Source: Camelus ferus
Lineage: Eukaryota
Assembly: GCF_009834535.1 (NCBI RefSeq)
Contig: NC_045707.1
Span: 15,996,001-16,060,000, forward strand
Direction: 5' to 3'
Length of the DNA stretch: 64,000 nt
In this document: in pieces, positions 49,816 to 61,135 of the stretch
Layout: each line of letters opens with the position of its first letter
Position numbering within the stretch: the first letter of the stretch is position 1
Notes under the pieces: generated by a model
Databases searched by the model: none
Told to the model about the DNA's origin: nothing
The model's input: only the letters and a program-made list of their open reading frames with translations
Position numbers and translations under genes: made by a program

Positions 49816-51908
49816 GTCCAAAGAAAGCATGGACTATCCTTGCCATAGCAACTTCTGTGTGTTGACAGTGTTCCCAGCGTGAATGACTTGTCTGCTTGGC
49901 GCTCATATATAACTTGTCTGCTTGGGGCATTTGGATTTCTTTACTGCCAGCCAGTAGTAGTGTTGTGGAAACGGTGCAAGCATGAGGTGAGTGATAGCAC
50001 TAGGTGACTTTTAAGATCTCTTCCTATCCGCAAGGTCTGTGGTTCTCAATTATCAGCTGGTATAGCACAAGCTGTTGGTAGTGGGAAATCAGAGAAAAGA
50101 AAAAAATCTACTGAAGCTGAACTAGATAGAAGAAACTACGAAGAAGGGGGGATTGGGTGATCTGGGAAAGATGACTACGAATCATACCTGCAAAGAGAAT
50201 GTTTATTCATATTTTCAAACAAACTGCTTATTTCATCCAGAAAGAACTTTGGGGAGTAGTGGTAGGATCTTGCGGTGAATTATGCATTTTTTTCCTGTTA
50301 TAGGAAGCAAATTCCCCAAGATACTTGTTATTTTTCCCTGGAAACCAACTATAGGAATTAAATACAGTGCTAACTCCCTAACCCAAATCCCTGTTAAAGT
50401 CATTTGGGGTGATCTGGGCATGAAATAAGAGGGCATTATTTCCTCTGTAGCTTCTCAGCTCGGGGCATTGGATGCCTAGGAGAACAGTAAGAACACCATC
50501 TGCTCTGGTAGTTTGGAGCCCAGAGGTTTTTTCATTCCAGGTCTGTGTCTGATATAAACTAAACACCTAACTCAGCACCTTCTAAGGAAGTTGGTCAGTA
50601 GGCGACTTACCAGATGGATGTTTTCAGTGGGGATCCCAGGCTACTCGTAGTGCATTTGCTGACTTCTTGTATTTTCTAAGTTACCAGAGACTTAGGGACT
50701 CTTCCAGACTTCCCGTTTTCCCAGCTGTTTCTGCTGGTCAGTAGGAGAGTCTGAGGAATGTGCTTTTCAAGTTTATTCCTTTGCCTTTTTAAGTCATTTT
50801 AATGAAAGGCCTTGTCCATCTTTTATGACTTCTGGTCCATTCTTCTTCTCAGGTTGTTATCTCCTTTTCAGTAAGACTTGTGGGTAATACAAAAGAACCT
50901 GCGTAACTGCTGTGTTTGGAACTGGTATTGGTAGTTGGTCAGTTGGTTTTAAAAGGTGGTGGACGCAGAAAACCATAAAAATGAGAAATTCTTCAAGTAT
51001 TAAATTTTAACACAGAACATATAAATGTGCCTTCACTTAATATAGAGTAGTGTGAGTGTGAGTACACCAATTTGAGTTCCAGGTCAACTTACTTCTATTA
51101 ACTCATCCAAACTCATTGTCTTTGGTTTCTGGTTTCATTTCCTTTAAGTTAGACTAGAACGTGAGTATTAGAAACTGGAATACGTAATCCTTATTACCTT
51201 TTAGAATTAACTTGCCCATTCTTACCAACAGTAGTTTTTTTAGGAACTCACCTCTAATGAGTCTTTCCAAAGCTTAGCTCTTTCTCTTGTTTTGCATTCA
51301 TATTTTATCAGTTGACATAATAGTTAATTAAATAATAGGAGCACAATAACAAGAATAGCTGGTGGAAAGATGTGGAAGCAGGCAGAGCTGACGCTCAGTG
51401 AGCGCGCAAGTGGGCGGCTGGGAGCAGGGGTGCCCCGGGAGCTGGTGGCCTCCAGGGCTCAGTGTTCGGTGGGCCTCACCTAGATGTTTTGCAGAGGAGA
51501 TTCCTGGTAACCTGGAGAACCACTTAAACAAGGGCTTACTTACAGAGCTTCTGTGTGTTTATAATAAAAAGACGGCCTCTGTTTAATTGAGCCATGTTGG
51601 AAAGCTAAAATGTTTAAAGAACTAAAACAAATTTCTAGGTTTTTGGACATTATCACTCAAGAGAGAACATATTGAGGCTTGTGAACCAGTATCCACCTCT
51701 GTCCATTTAGATGGTATCTCACCCCTGTGCCATCTCTGGAAGAACTAGGTACCTTTAGATGTGAGATCTTAATACTCTACCAGAGTCTAGACCTAGAATG
51801 GATAAAGAAAAAGCCTAGAATAGAATAATGGATTATGTTAGACGGATGCCAAATGTTATAAAATTAATCTCACTGAATGTTTTATTTCTATATTTTGTAT
51901 TTTTCTAG

Positions 51909-52110
51909 GCAATCGATAGCATTCATCAAGTGGGGGTTTATTGTCTTGCTCTGGTGCCTGCCAATACATTGCCCAAAACTCCATTGGGAGGGATCCATAT
52001 ATCTCAGACAAAACAGCTGTTTCTGGAGGGATCACTGCATCCTTGCAATATCCTCATGTGCCCACATACATGCGTGACCAATCTGCCAAAACCCCGGCAA
52101 AAGCAACCAG
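51909..52110 (+). CDS. DIP2B: DIP2B exon ~23 (202 nt): AIDSIHQVGVYCLALVPANTLPKTPLGGIH...LPKPRQKQP
   Basis: tttttctag|GCAATC ... CAACCAG|gtaagg. Confidence 0.97.
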
Positions 52111-53782
52111 GTAAGGTGCTGGCTTTGAAGTCGTGACATTAAAATTGTAACTTTAAGAAACTGGTTTCTTTCAGCATGATTCTTTTCTCTAGAGTTAGAC
52201 TTTACAAAGATTAATGAGTAACATGAGAATAGTATCAGCTGACGAAAAGCAGAGAAGATTGAGATTTTGGAAAATAGCTTCTCCAGGTTTACTGTTGACT
52301 CCCCCTTCTGAGTAATTCTCAGTAGGGTGCCTCTAGAGAAAAAAAAAACAAATACTCAATTTCATCTTTTTGCCTCATTTCTGAACAGACCTAGGTTATA
52401 AGGCTGAGTAGGAGACGAAAGGCAGGAGTAATTGATGGTCAGTCATGTTAAAATGTCTGTTCAGTCCAACATGAAATCATTAAGTTTTATTGATGCTTTT
52501 CCCATTTTAATTGAGAAGTTAATGAGAGCCTCCTAGTTTCTTGTTTGCCTGGAAACACACAAAAGCCAAAATGTGGTCTTTACANNNNNNNNNNNNNNNN
52601 NNNNNNNNNNNNNNNNNNNNNNNNNNNNNNNNNNNNNNNNNNNNNNNNNNNNNNNNNNNNNNNNNNNNNNNNNNNNNNNNNNNNNNNNNNNNNNNNNNNN
52701 NNNNNNNNNNNNNNNNNNNNNNNNNNNNNNNNNNNNNNNNNNNNNNNNNNNNNNNNNNNNNNNNNNNNNNAAATGTGTTGGGAAAAGAAGATAAAAGTGG
52801 GAAGATTAGGAATGCAAAAGGAAGTGGGGCATTTAGTTATGTTTCTGTAAGACCGCTTTTGCTGAAAGGTAAATATGATGTATAATAAAATATAAGGTAA
52901 GCCTCTGACTCTAGGATATTTTTATTAGGATATTAAAATGTTAATATACTCTACTTTGTAGTAATTACGTCAGTGGTCTGGTGGCTGAAGATCATATCAC
53001 AGTTGTTTATCTAGATGTTGTTTTCAACTCACCAACTAACCTCATCTTAGTAACAGTGTGTATAGAGCTAAAGTATATGTGATATTCATCAGTTTCTGCT
53101 CGTGGAAATAAGAGTTTATGGAGACTAATATTCTAAAGGGGCAGTTAGAATTAAATTTGTACATTACTAGTCAAGAAATATTTAAAAAGTATCTTCATAT
53201 TACCTGCCTAAGTATCTGACAGATATGTAAAACATACAAATCCTTCTCCATCTCAAATTCTGTTATACTGAAGTCATATATTTATTTCTCATATAAGTAA
53301 AATCCTATTTTAAATAACATTTAATCTAGGATCCCTTTAACAAAACTTCTGTGTCAGTAGATACTTAAAAGATGCTACTTAGAGATGTGGTAGATGCCTA
53401 AAACATTGCTTTTGTTAGCCAGGTTTCAGGCATTTTTACTAAATGATAAAACGTGTAAAAAAGACTTAGTCCTAAACCCCCATCAGCATAGCATCCACCT
53501 GTCTGATGAAAGCATTAGGTTTGGATTCTGTATTTTTGCTATCTGTTGTGATTGTCTGCTGAAATCTGAGTGGTATGCATATGGTTCGGACCAAAGCAGT
53601 TTGAAAATCATGGCGTGGATGGAGCAGAAATGATGTGGGGATAGCATGATAGGTTGGTGTTTAAAAAGAATACAGGAGCGTGGGGTTGGGTATATAGGAA
53701 GGAAGAAAGGAAAGCAGAGGAAAAGGAAGATAGAAAGTGTCAGGCAGCCCAGTGACAAAAATCTCACTGAGATGCCTATTAA

Positions 53783-54670
53783 GCTATGTGTAAAGAATGG
53801 GGCTGTGTTAGGACTGATTTTGGCTGCAGGTTTCAGAAAAACATAACAGCTGCTTAAACAAAAGACAGGTTGATTTCTTTCTCAGGTAGAAGAAATCTGG
53901 ATCTAGAAGTCCAGGGCTAGGATGGCGGATCCGCAATCACTGTGGTTCCAGCTTCCTACCTTTTTGCGCTGGCATTGCTATCTGTTAACTATTGCTGTAC
54001 AAATGCTGTATAACAAATAACCCTAAAACTGGGTGGTTCAAGATAAGAAGCACTTATTTTTCATTCGTGGAGTGTAGATCTGCTGAACATGGTGGGGATC
54101 AGCGGGCCTTGGCGTGGCTCCAGGCTGTAGGTTGGGTTCAGAACTGTTCCATGTGTCGCCTCATCATGGCACCAGTAGCTACCTGGGCCATATTTTCCTC
54201 AAGGCAGATGGCAAAAGCAAGAAGGCAAGCCAAGCCACACAAGCATATTTAAAGCTTCTGTTTGTTTCATGTTTCCTAACGTTTCATTGTCCAAAATAAG
54301 TCAGACCATGCCCAGAGTCAGTGGAGCAGAGAGGGATATACTCCTCTCATGTAATCAGAGCAAAGAAGACTTGTAAGAAAGTAAAATGATCTGCCACAGC
54401 CAGCCTTAACATACTGCCTCAGAGCCCCTGACCTCCAGCCATCAATTCTGCATTCCAGTTAGCAGGCAGGAGAAAAAGACAGGGAAGGGAGTACCCTACC
54501 TCTTTAAACATATTTTCTAGAAATTGCACTATCACTTCCTTTTACCTATTATTCTCCCATACTAAAGAATATAGTCTTTATTCTAGGCATTTGTCTAGCT
54601 GAAAAATGGGGGTTGTGTTTTTAAGGAAAAGAAGAATAGATAACTGGGACTGATGACTAGTCTTTGCCAC
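53783..54670. mobile_element. MLT1 LTR with a second MLT1 LTR (~53980-54398) nested inside
   Basis: Outer tgtgttaggactgattttggctgcagg...; inner taacaaataaccctaaaactgggtgg...atctgccaca; outer resumes gccagcc...cattccagttagcagg. Confidence 0.7.
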
Positions 54671-56667
54671 TAGAAATTTGCAGAATTTTGTGGGGAAAAT
54701 AAGACATATTTACAGGTACTGCAGTGTCTACAGTTAGCCTCCTAGATGTTACTGCTTTCCGTAATCTTTCATTTCCTTTGACCCATAGATTCAAGAAGTG
54801 CACACAGGAGGATCTCACAAAATTACTGCTGAATTATTTTTGTCCTTTTAAATTAGTCTGAAAAATTCACTTTTTAAAATATCATGCCTTTATTAACTTT
54901 ACAGTGTGAGTCCAGGATTGGACAGTGTACACAGTCACATACACTCTGGGTCCCTGCCTTAGTAAAAAGGCTGTCTCCAACATGATATATATGTAACTGA
55001 TTATGTAGTCTCTTGGGAAAGAATTTTGCCTATCATACTTAAAATTTCAATGGACAGACACATTGTAGATGAAAACCATTCAGCGTAGTGTTGGAGTACT
55101 TTGCCCTTTAGGGTTTTGTTTGTTTTTTTAAAATTTTTCATTTTGAGATCATTTCACTTACAGAAAAGTTGCCAAATAGTGAAAGAATACCCTTATATTC
55201 TTTACCCCGCTTCTCTAAATACTTTAAAGTGATTCTGTGATTTAAGTGTTTTTGTTCCACCCATTTCAGTACATTCATGATCAACAGATTTTGGCAATAA
55301 GCATTGGTTAATAACAATCTAAGCATGACATCAGCATTATTCGAAACTCAGCTGGCATTAAGTTTTGATATGTTTTAGCCATCTTCTTAGTTTGATACAC
55401 TGGAGTTTTCATCTTTAAGTGACCATCAAGAAAGGCATACAGTGTTAAGTTACCCTATAATCTTTCCAGTAAATTCCTTCTAAACTTAAGTTAGCCTAAA
55501 TGGATTTCTGCTGCTTGCATCAAACTGTCCTATCTAATAAGCCAGCATTTCCTGCTGTCTTTCTAGGTGTTGTTTGGTTTTGGTACTGACCAGACATAGT
55601 TTATTAAGAAAAATGAACCAAACTTGGAAGTCAGGCAAAGGTAGGGCAGCATGTTCTCTTAGAGACATAGTAGATTAGAACATTGTTTGACAGGCCCACC
55701 CAAAGATTATTTAATTGTCTATATATAAGGAATGTGCCGTTGATTGACTTAATACTTACTGTAAATTAAGGCCTATATTCTGTGAAGTTGCACGTTAACT
55801 TCTAGACTTTTGTCTGGCAGAGATGCAAATCATTATTTTCTGATAGAAAACATAACTCAGAGGTAAGGGTTTCATTGCCCTGTAGAACATTAACTAGTTT
55901 TATATCTCATCTTTGAATCTGACATCCACATTCTTTTTTCCATTGCCTATGCAACCCTTGTTCTAACAATCATCTTCTGAATCAACTTTCCATCCTGCTG
56001 ATTACAGCATTAATGAGAAGAAATGGTCTTCATGTGTTTGTATGAAAATCATATTTTCAACTTTTTGGTAGTTACAGGTTGACATGCCACATGCACACAC
56101 AAAATTATTTGAGAATAATGATAGCTCCAATTGAGCTGAATGATCATTTGTGAACACAAGGCAGAAGTCAGAACGTTGATACAAAACAGAAAATATGAAA
56201 GGATTTCATTTTGCTTAGAGAAAAAATTATTTTCCTCTTCTCCCTTATATAGTTCTAGAAAGCTGATTCACTCAGAAATATGAACTCAGAGAATACTGTC
56301 TCTTAAAATCTAAGATAAATTTTCACTGAAGATCTGGTCATTCAGAGTTATGTTAACTATCTTCAAGTCCACGCTATTTCACCCAGTTCTTTGGGTGAAA
56401 GTAAATCTAGGCAAAGAAGCATAAGAATATTAAATAGACTGTGAAACCACCCAAAGCAGCTGAAAACTAACTGTAAGTTACATGAAACTGATTAAAAAAG
56501 TAGGTAATTTCCACAGGAATATCTGACTTTAGTCTTCACTGCATTATTGAAACATCAACATAGAAATAAAAGCAAGGAGTGAGAACGACCAAATCCCGTA
56601 ACATTTGTAATGTAGGACCAATGTGACGTTTTTGAAAACCACTAGACAGCTCCCTAAAGGAAGGGGA

Positions 56668-56699
<32 letters not shown>

Positions 56700-56703
56700 G
56701 TGT
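56668..56703. repeat. (GTGTAT)n/(GT)n microsatellite
   Basis: gtgtgtgtatgtgtatgtgtatgtgtatgtgtgtgt. Confidence 0.9.
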
Positions 56704-57378
56704 TTCATAGTGGTAAAAGTTGGGAAAGAACAACAGGTAGGAAAGGAAATAAGGATACCACCGTTCTGAGTGTTACTGTATGCCCTTCTCTAGCAGAAGT
56801 CTTCAAAAGACTTTTTGAAGAGTCCAGGCCACTTGTCTCATAGAATGTCCCACAATCTGGATTTCATTACACATTAAAATAAAGCCCTTCTGATATTCCT
56901 GATGAGCTCATGCTGAGTCCTCATAGATGGAAGGTTTCTTTTCAGACCAGATATTCATTATTGTTAAACCTGCTATTAGGGTTTTATCCATGATTGGGGC
57001 AGATGAAATTGTTTATCAGTAGGAACCCCATGCAACCAACTGCCACCTCCTCAGAGTGGAAACTTCCCTATACCCAGTCCTGCTACCCCCTGTCCCAAAA
57101 CCTCATCTCTCCTGTGGTCCTATTTTCCTTCTCTCTGTCACTTCCTGCTACCTGACATAATTTATTTGAGTATGTTTTTATTTGTTGCCTTTCCCTGCCA
57201 GAATGCAAGCTCTGTGTCTTGTTTGCTACTGTGCCCCAGTGCCTGGAAGGATGCTCAGTCAGTATTGTTGAATTAGTGTTTGAACCTGCTTTAGGCAGTC
57301 TGGAAATGCTTAAGGGGAGAGGAGGTATGTAGCTTGAATCACCATCTCCAGAGAGTTGATTTTGGCTTTTACTTACAG

Positions 57379-57488
57379 GTGTAGGCCCTGCTTCTGTGAT
57401 GGTTGGGAACCTGGTTGCAGGAAAACGCATTGCACAAGCTGCAGGAAGGGACCTTGGGCAAATTGAAGAAAATGATTTAGTGAGGAAG
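57379..57488 (+). CDS. DIP2B: DIP2B exon ~24 (110 nt): (G)VGPASVMVGNLVAGKRIAQAAGRDLGQIEENDLVRK
   Basis: acttacag|GTGTAG ... AGGAAG|gtaagt. Confidence 0.97.
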
Positions 57489-57640
57489 GTAAGTGTTCCA
57501 GAAGTGTTGATTTTTATAAGCAAGTCAAGGACAGAACCTACACTTCAGATAACAGATGGGAGAGATGCACTGTCTAGCTTTTTAAAAGTTGCTAACCCTG
57601 ATTCTTTTTTTTTTTTTTTTTTTTTGCTTTATGATCTCAG

Positions 57641-57721
57641 CACCAATTTCTGGCAGAGATTTTACAGTGGCGAGCCCAGGCAACTCCTGACCATGTACTC
57701 TTCATGCTGTTAAATGCCAAG
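57641..57721 (+). CDS. DIP2B: DIP2B exon ~25 (81 nt): HQFLAEILQWRAQATPDHVLFMLLNAK
   Basis: T-run then gatctcag|CACCAA ... GCCAAG|gtatta; follows a short 152-nt intron. Confidence 0.97.
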
Positions 57722-58322
57722 GTATTAAAAATTCAATTCTATATCTAATCAGCTGGATATTGTGAGTCTCTTAGGCACTCTTGATTTCTTTCTTTCATCA
57801 GAAAATTTCTGTTGTCAATTCTGAGGAAGGATTTATTGCTTTCTCCTTGTTTTGAATTATGAGGATAAATTATACAATCACTTCAAGGTTGAAATGAAAC
57901 CTGAAATGTTATTCAATAATGTCTCTTCTTTTGTTACAATCAAGTCATCTTTATTCAGTTCTGATAGGAACAGTAGGGACGGTATGTAATTACATAGATC
58001 TCCAGAAGTACAGAATGCATTGTCATGTAATTTTTTTACCCAATGTGACTTTTAATTCTTTTATTTCCACTAGAAATAAAATGACTTTAGATCAACATTT
58101 TAAAAACCAGAGTTATTTTTAGTACATACTTAAATGATACATAAATGATTATTGCTAACATAAAAAGCAAATTATTCAATAGTCCATTTAACTACTGCTT
58201 CCTAATGGATGGTGCACCAGAATATTGTATTTTTTAAGTTATGCATTCTGTGGGAGTCTTTTGAGATTTGTTTGTTTTAGTGGCTGAGTCAGAAGCTACA
58301 AGTACTATAACCATAGCATAGA

Positions 58323-58460
58323 ACAGTATTTCTCACCAGCAGGGGAAGACTAGAGGGCCTGTCAGAATCTCTTAGGGGCTTACCCAAATTGCCCCCTTCT
58401 GCCCCAGCCCCCTAGGTTCTGAAATTGATACACACACTCACACAACTTTGAGAATTTATG
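58323..58460. mobile_element. MER5A-like hAT MITE
   Basis: TIR-like ends cagtatttctca ... tttgagaatttatg; internal tcagaatctcttagggg. Confidence 0.55.
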
Positions 58461-59194
58461 CAGTGATAGAACTTGAGGCAAAAATGCTATGCATCTTAGT
58501 GATAAGTCTTTAAAAATCTTAAGAAACATTGCTCTATGGGAGAAAACTTTAGGACTTCCTTCTTCGACCTCTACATGAAATGGGCTTCTCTTTGAGCCCG
58601 TGGATTGACTTGGGTCCTTCCATTTTAGTCAGAAGATGTCAGTCCAGTTTGTTCCCCACTCCACTCCCAAGGTTGGCTACAGTTAAAGTTATGGCCCCAT
58701 AAAGTCAAACTCCAAATTATTTGATAATGAACATAAGCTTAAATTTGCTTCTTGGTTACAGGAATAATATATATATATGGATGACTAAAGGACATGTAGT
58801 CTATTTATTTTTCTGCATATTCTAACATTTTACCCTGGATTAGCCCAGATCACCAGAAAGCTTAGGAACCATATGGCATTGCTCCCTCATGCCCAGGAAA
58901 CGGTCCTTGCTAAGTTGAGTTTGCTGCCATACCATGGACCAAAAAGAAGGCTATTGTAAGAAATGGCCTTATGAATTTAACCCTGATTTTAGCCAAAGGA
59001 ATATTATTCATTTCAGTTTTATAAGCTTAATGTCCAGTAGTAGATAAATTGGCTGACTAAATTATGGCATGTAAACATGATGAAGTACTATGCAGTCATT
59101 CAAAACAATGTTATAGAAGAATAGTTGATGACCCAGAAAATATTCATAGTGTGGAAGTGGGAAGAATAGGACATAAAACTTTAATAATAATTGA

Positions 59195-59395
59195 GTAGTT
59201 ACTGAAGACCCTGTTCTGGGTGCTTTATATTTCACAGTTCATTTTAAGGTTGAGGAAATGGAGGCACAGAGACATAAAATCACATACCTGAGGTCACAGG
59301 GCCTTAAGTGGTAGGACTAGGAAATTAGCCCCTTCCTTTGAACCCAGACTGGCTTCAAGCCCACATTCTTAGCCAGTGGACTACCAAGCCTCTGG
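59195..59395 (-). mobile_element. MIR SINE
   Basis: gaggaaatggaggcacagagacat...tttgaacccagactggcttcaagccc. Confidence 0.8.
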
Positions 59396-59629
59396 TATAG
59401 TATACCTTTTTTTTAATTTTAATATTGTGTGTGAATTTATATGTAATATGTAGATTTTTCCATTTTTTAAAAGCCAGGAAAATATACACCCAGATGTTTA
59501 ATAGTGTTTGTGTCTTACTTGTAGCTACTCATCCATATTTTCCATGTTTTCTGTATTGAACATGTACTACTTTATATTAATAAAATTTTAAAGTTATTTT
59601 TAACAGTTCAGTAAACTTGCTTTTATGGT

Positions 59630-60430
59630 GAGTTTTTTTGAGTTACAAAGTTACAGTAATTAAGATAGTGTGGTACTGGCATGATAGACAAATAACAATT
59701 TGGTTTTATCTGGTCAAGTTGAAAGTAGGCATACCCCATGACCCAGCAGTTCCACTTATAGGTCTACACCTGACCAAAATGCGTACGTTTGTGCACCAGG
59801 ATACATGTATGGGAATGGATTGTCCATCAGCAGTAGAATGGATGAATAAATTATCATGTTCATATAATTAAATCCTATTCAGCAATAAAATCTAATGAGC
59901 TATATATACCTAGGCGCTACAGCATAGATGACTCTTAACAGAATGTTGAGAGAAAAGCAAAGCTCAAAAACACGTATGTATGAGGCAGGGTGGGAATAGA
60001 CTGGTGGTAGAGCACATGCTTAGTAGCGTGCCAAGGTCCTGGGTTCAGTCCCCGGTACCTCCATTAAAAATACGTAAATAAACCTAATTACCCCCCAAAA
60101 AAACAAAACAAAAGAAAACAAATTTTAAAAAGCAAAAATACATGTGTACAGTGCTGTTCTTTGAACATCAAATATTTCATTGGTGGTAAAAATATAAAGA
60201 AAAAAGAATCAGCCATCAGTATTAAGAAGTCACGGTAGTTGTTCCCTCTGGAGGGAAGGTGAGGGCTGGTGGGAGCACCTGTTGGGGTGCTTTTGTGCTG
60301 CTGGCAGTGGTCTTTTTCATGTCCTGCTGGTTCTTACACAGCTGCTTGTTTTATAATTTTTATAATCAAGCTGCACATTTGTATCTCATGCATTTTCTCA
60401 TCTGTGTGTTATACTTACAAAAGAACAGGG
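59630..60430 (+). mobile_element. Old L1 fragments surrounding a Vic-1 SINE
   Basis: agtaattaagatagtgtggtactggcat; ccatgacccagcagttccactt; gtagaatggatgaataaatt. Confidence 0.65.
59984..60133 (+). mobile_element. Vic-1-type SINE, long form, with 15-nt TSD
   Basis: ggtggtagagcacatgcttag...gggttcagtccccggtacctcc...aataaacctaattacccccc; TSD aaaaacacgtatgta (59966-59980) / aaaaatacatgtgta (60134-60148). Confidence 0.9.
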
Positions 60431-61011
60431 GCTCAAAAAGCCCAGCTTAGGGAAACTTGAATTAACAATAAGGATACTTATGAAGACCCGAAGGAGAAAT
60501 TATTCTCAGGACCCTGAATAGTTGGCCATCTTCTAATCTGTTAATCTTTTATTGTTAGCTAATGGGCTCTGTTTCCTTGTTACTGTTTTTGTTTACATCT
60601 TTGCTGCTCCGAGCCAAACTTGTGTTTTATACACAGCAAATGTACTTGACCACAGACCAGCGTCCTGACCTCCCTCCTGCCCTCATCCTGCTTTTATTTC
60701 TTTATTTTCCCTCTGCTCTTATTTCTTCATTTAAACAAAAAATTCCTATGTATTCTTAAGGCTACCTTAAATAAGACTGTAAATACCTATGTTTGATTTA
60801 AGTTAATGTTGCTGTTCCCTAAGTACCTTCAAACCTTGGAAAAGAAAATACCACACGTATCTTTTGGTGCTTGGGAGTTCTCACTGAATTTGGTAACTTG
60901 CAAAAGATAATCTACCAAGGCACAAGCCTTTCATACAATGTCAAATTGGCTGCATTTGTTACTGTTTTACTTCCTTACTGAACTTCGACTTGCTTATACT
61001 TCTATTTCAAG

Positions 61012-61135
61012 GGAACTACAGTGTGCACAGCCAGCTGCCTTCAGCTTCATAAGCGAGCAGAGAGGATTGCGGCAGTTCTTGGTGATAAGGGACATCTGAA
61101 TGCAGGAGACAACGTGGTGTTGCTCTATCCACCTG
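61012..61135 (+). CDS. DIP2B: DIP2B exon ~26 (124 nt): GTTVCTASCLQLHKRAERIAAVLGDKGHLNAGDNVVLLYPP
   Basis: ctatttcaag|GGAACT ... CCACCTG|gtacgt (AAG acceptor). Confidence 0.97.

Noticed and set aside
51391-51405. ctcagtgagcgcgca resembles part of the AAV inverted terminal repeat
   Set aside because: Only 11+4 nt match, the GAGC repeats of the Rep-binding element are missing, and no parvoviral ORF is nearby; probably chance.
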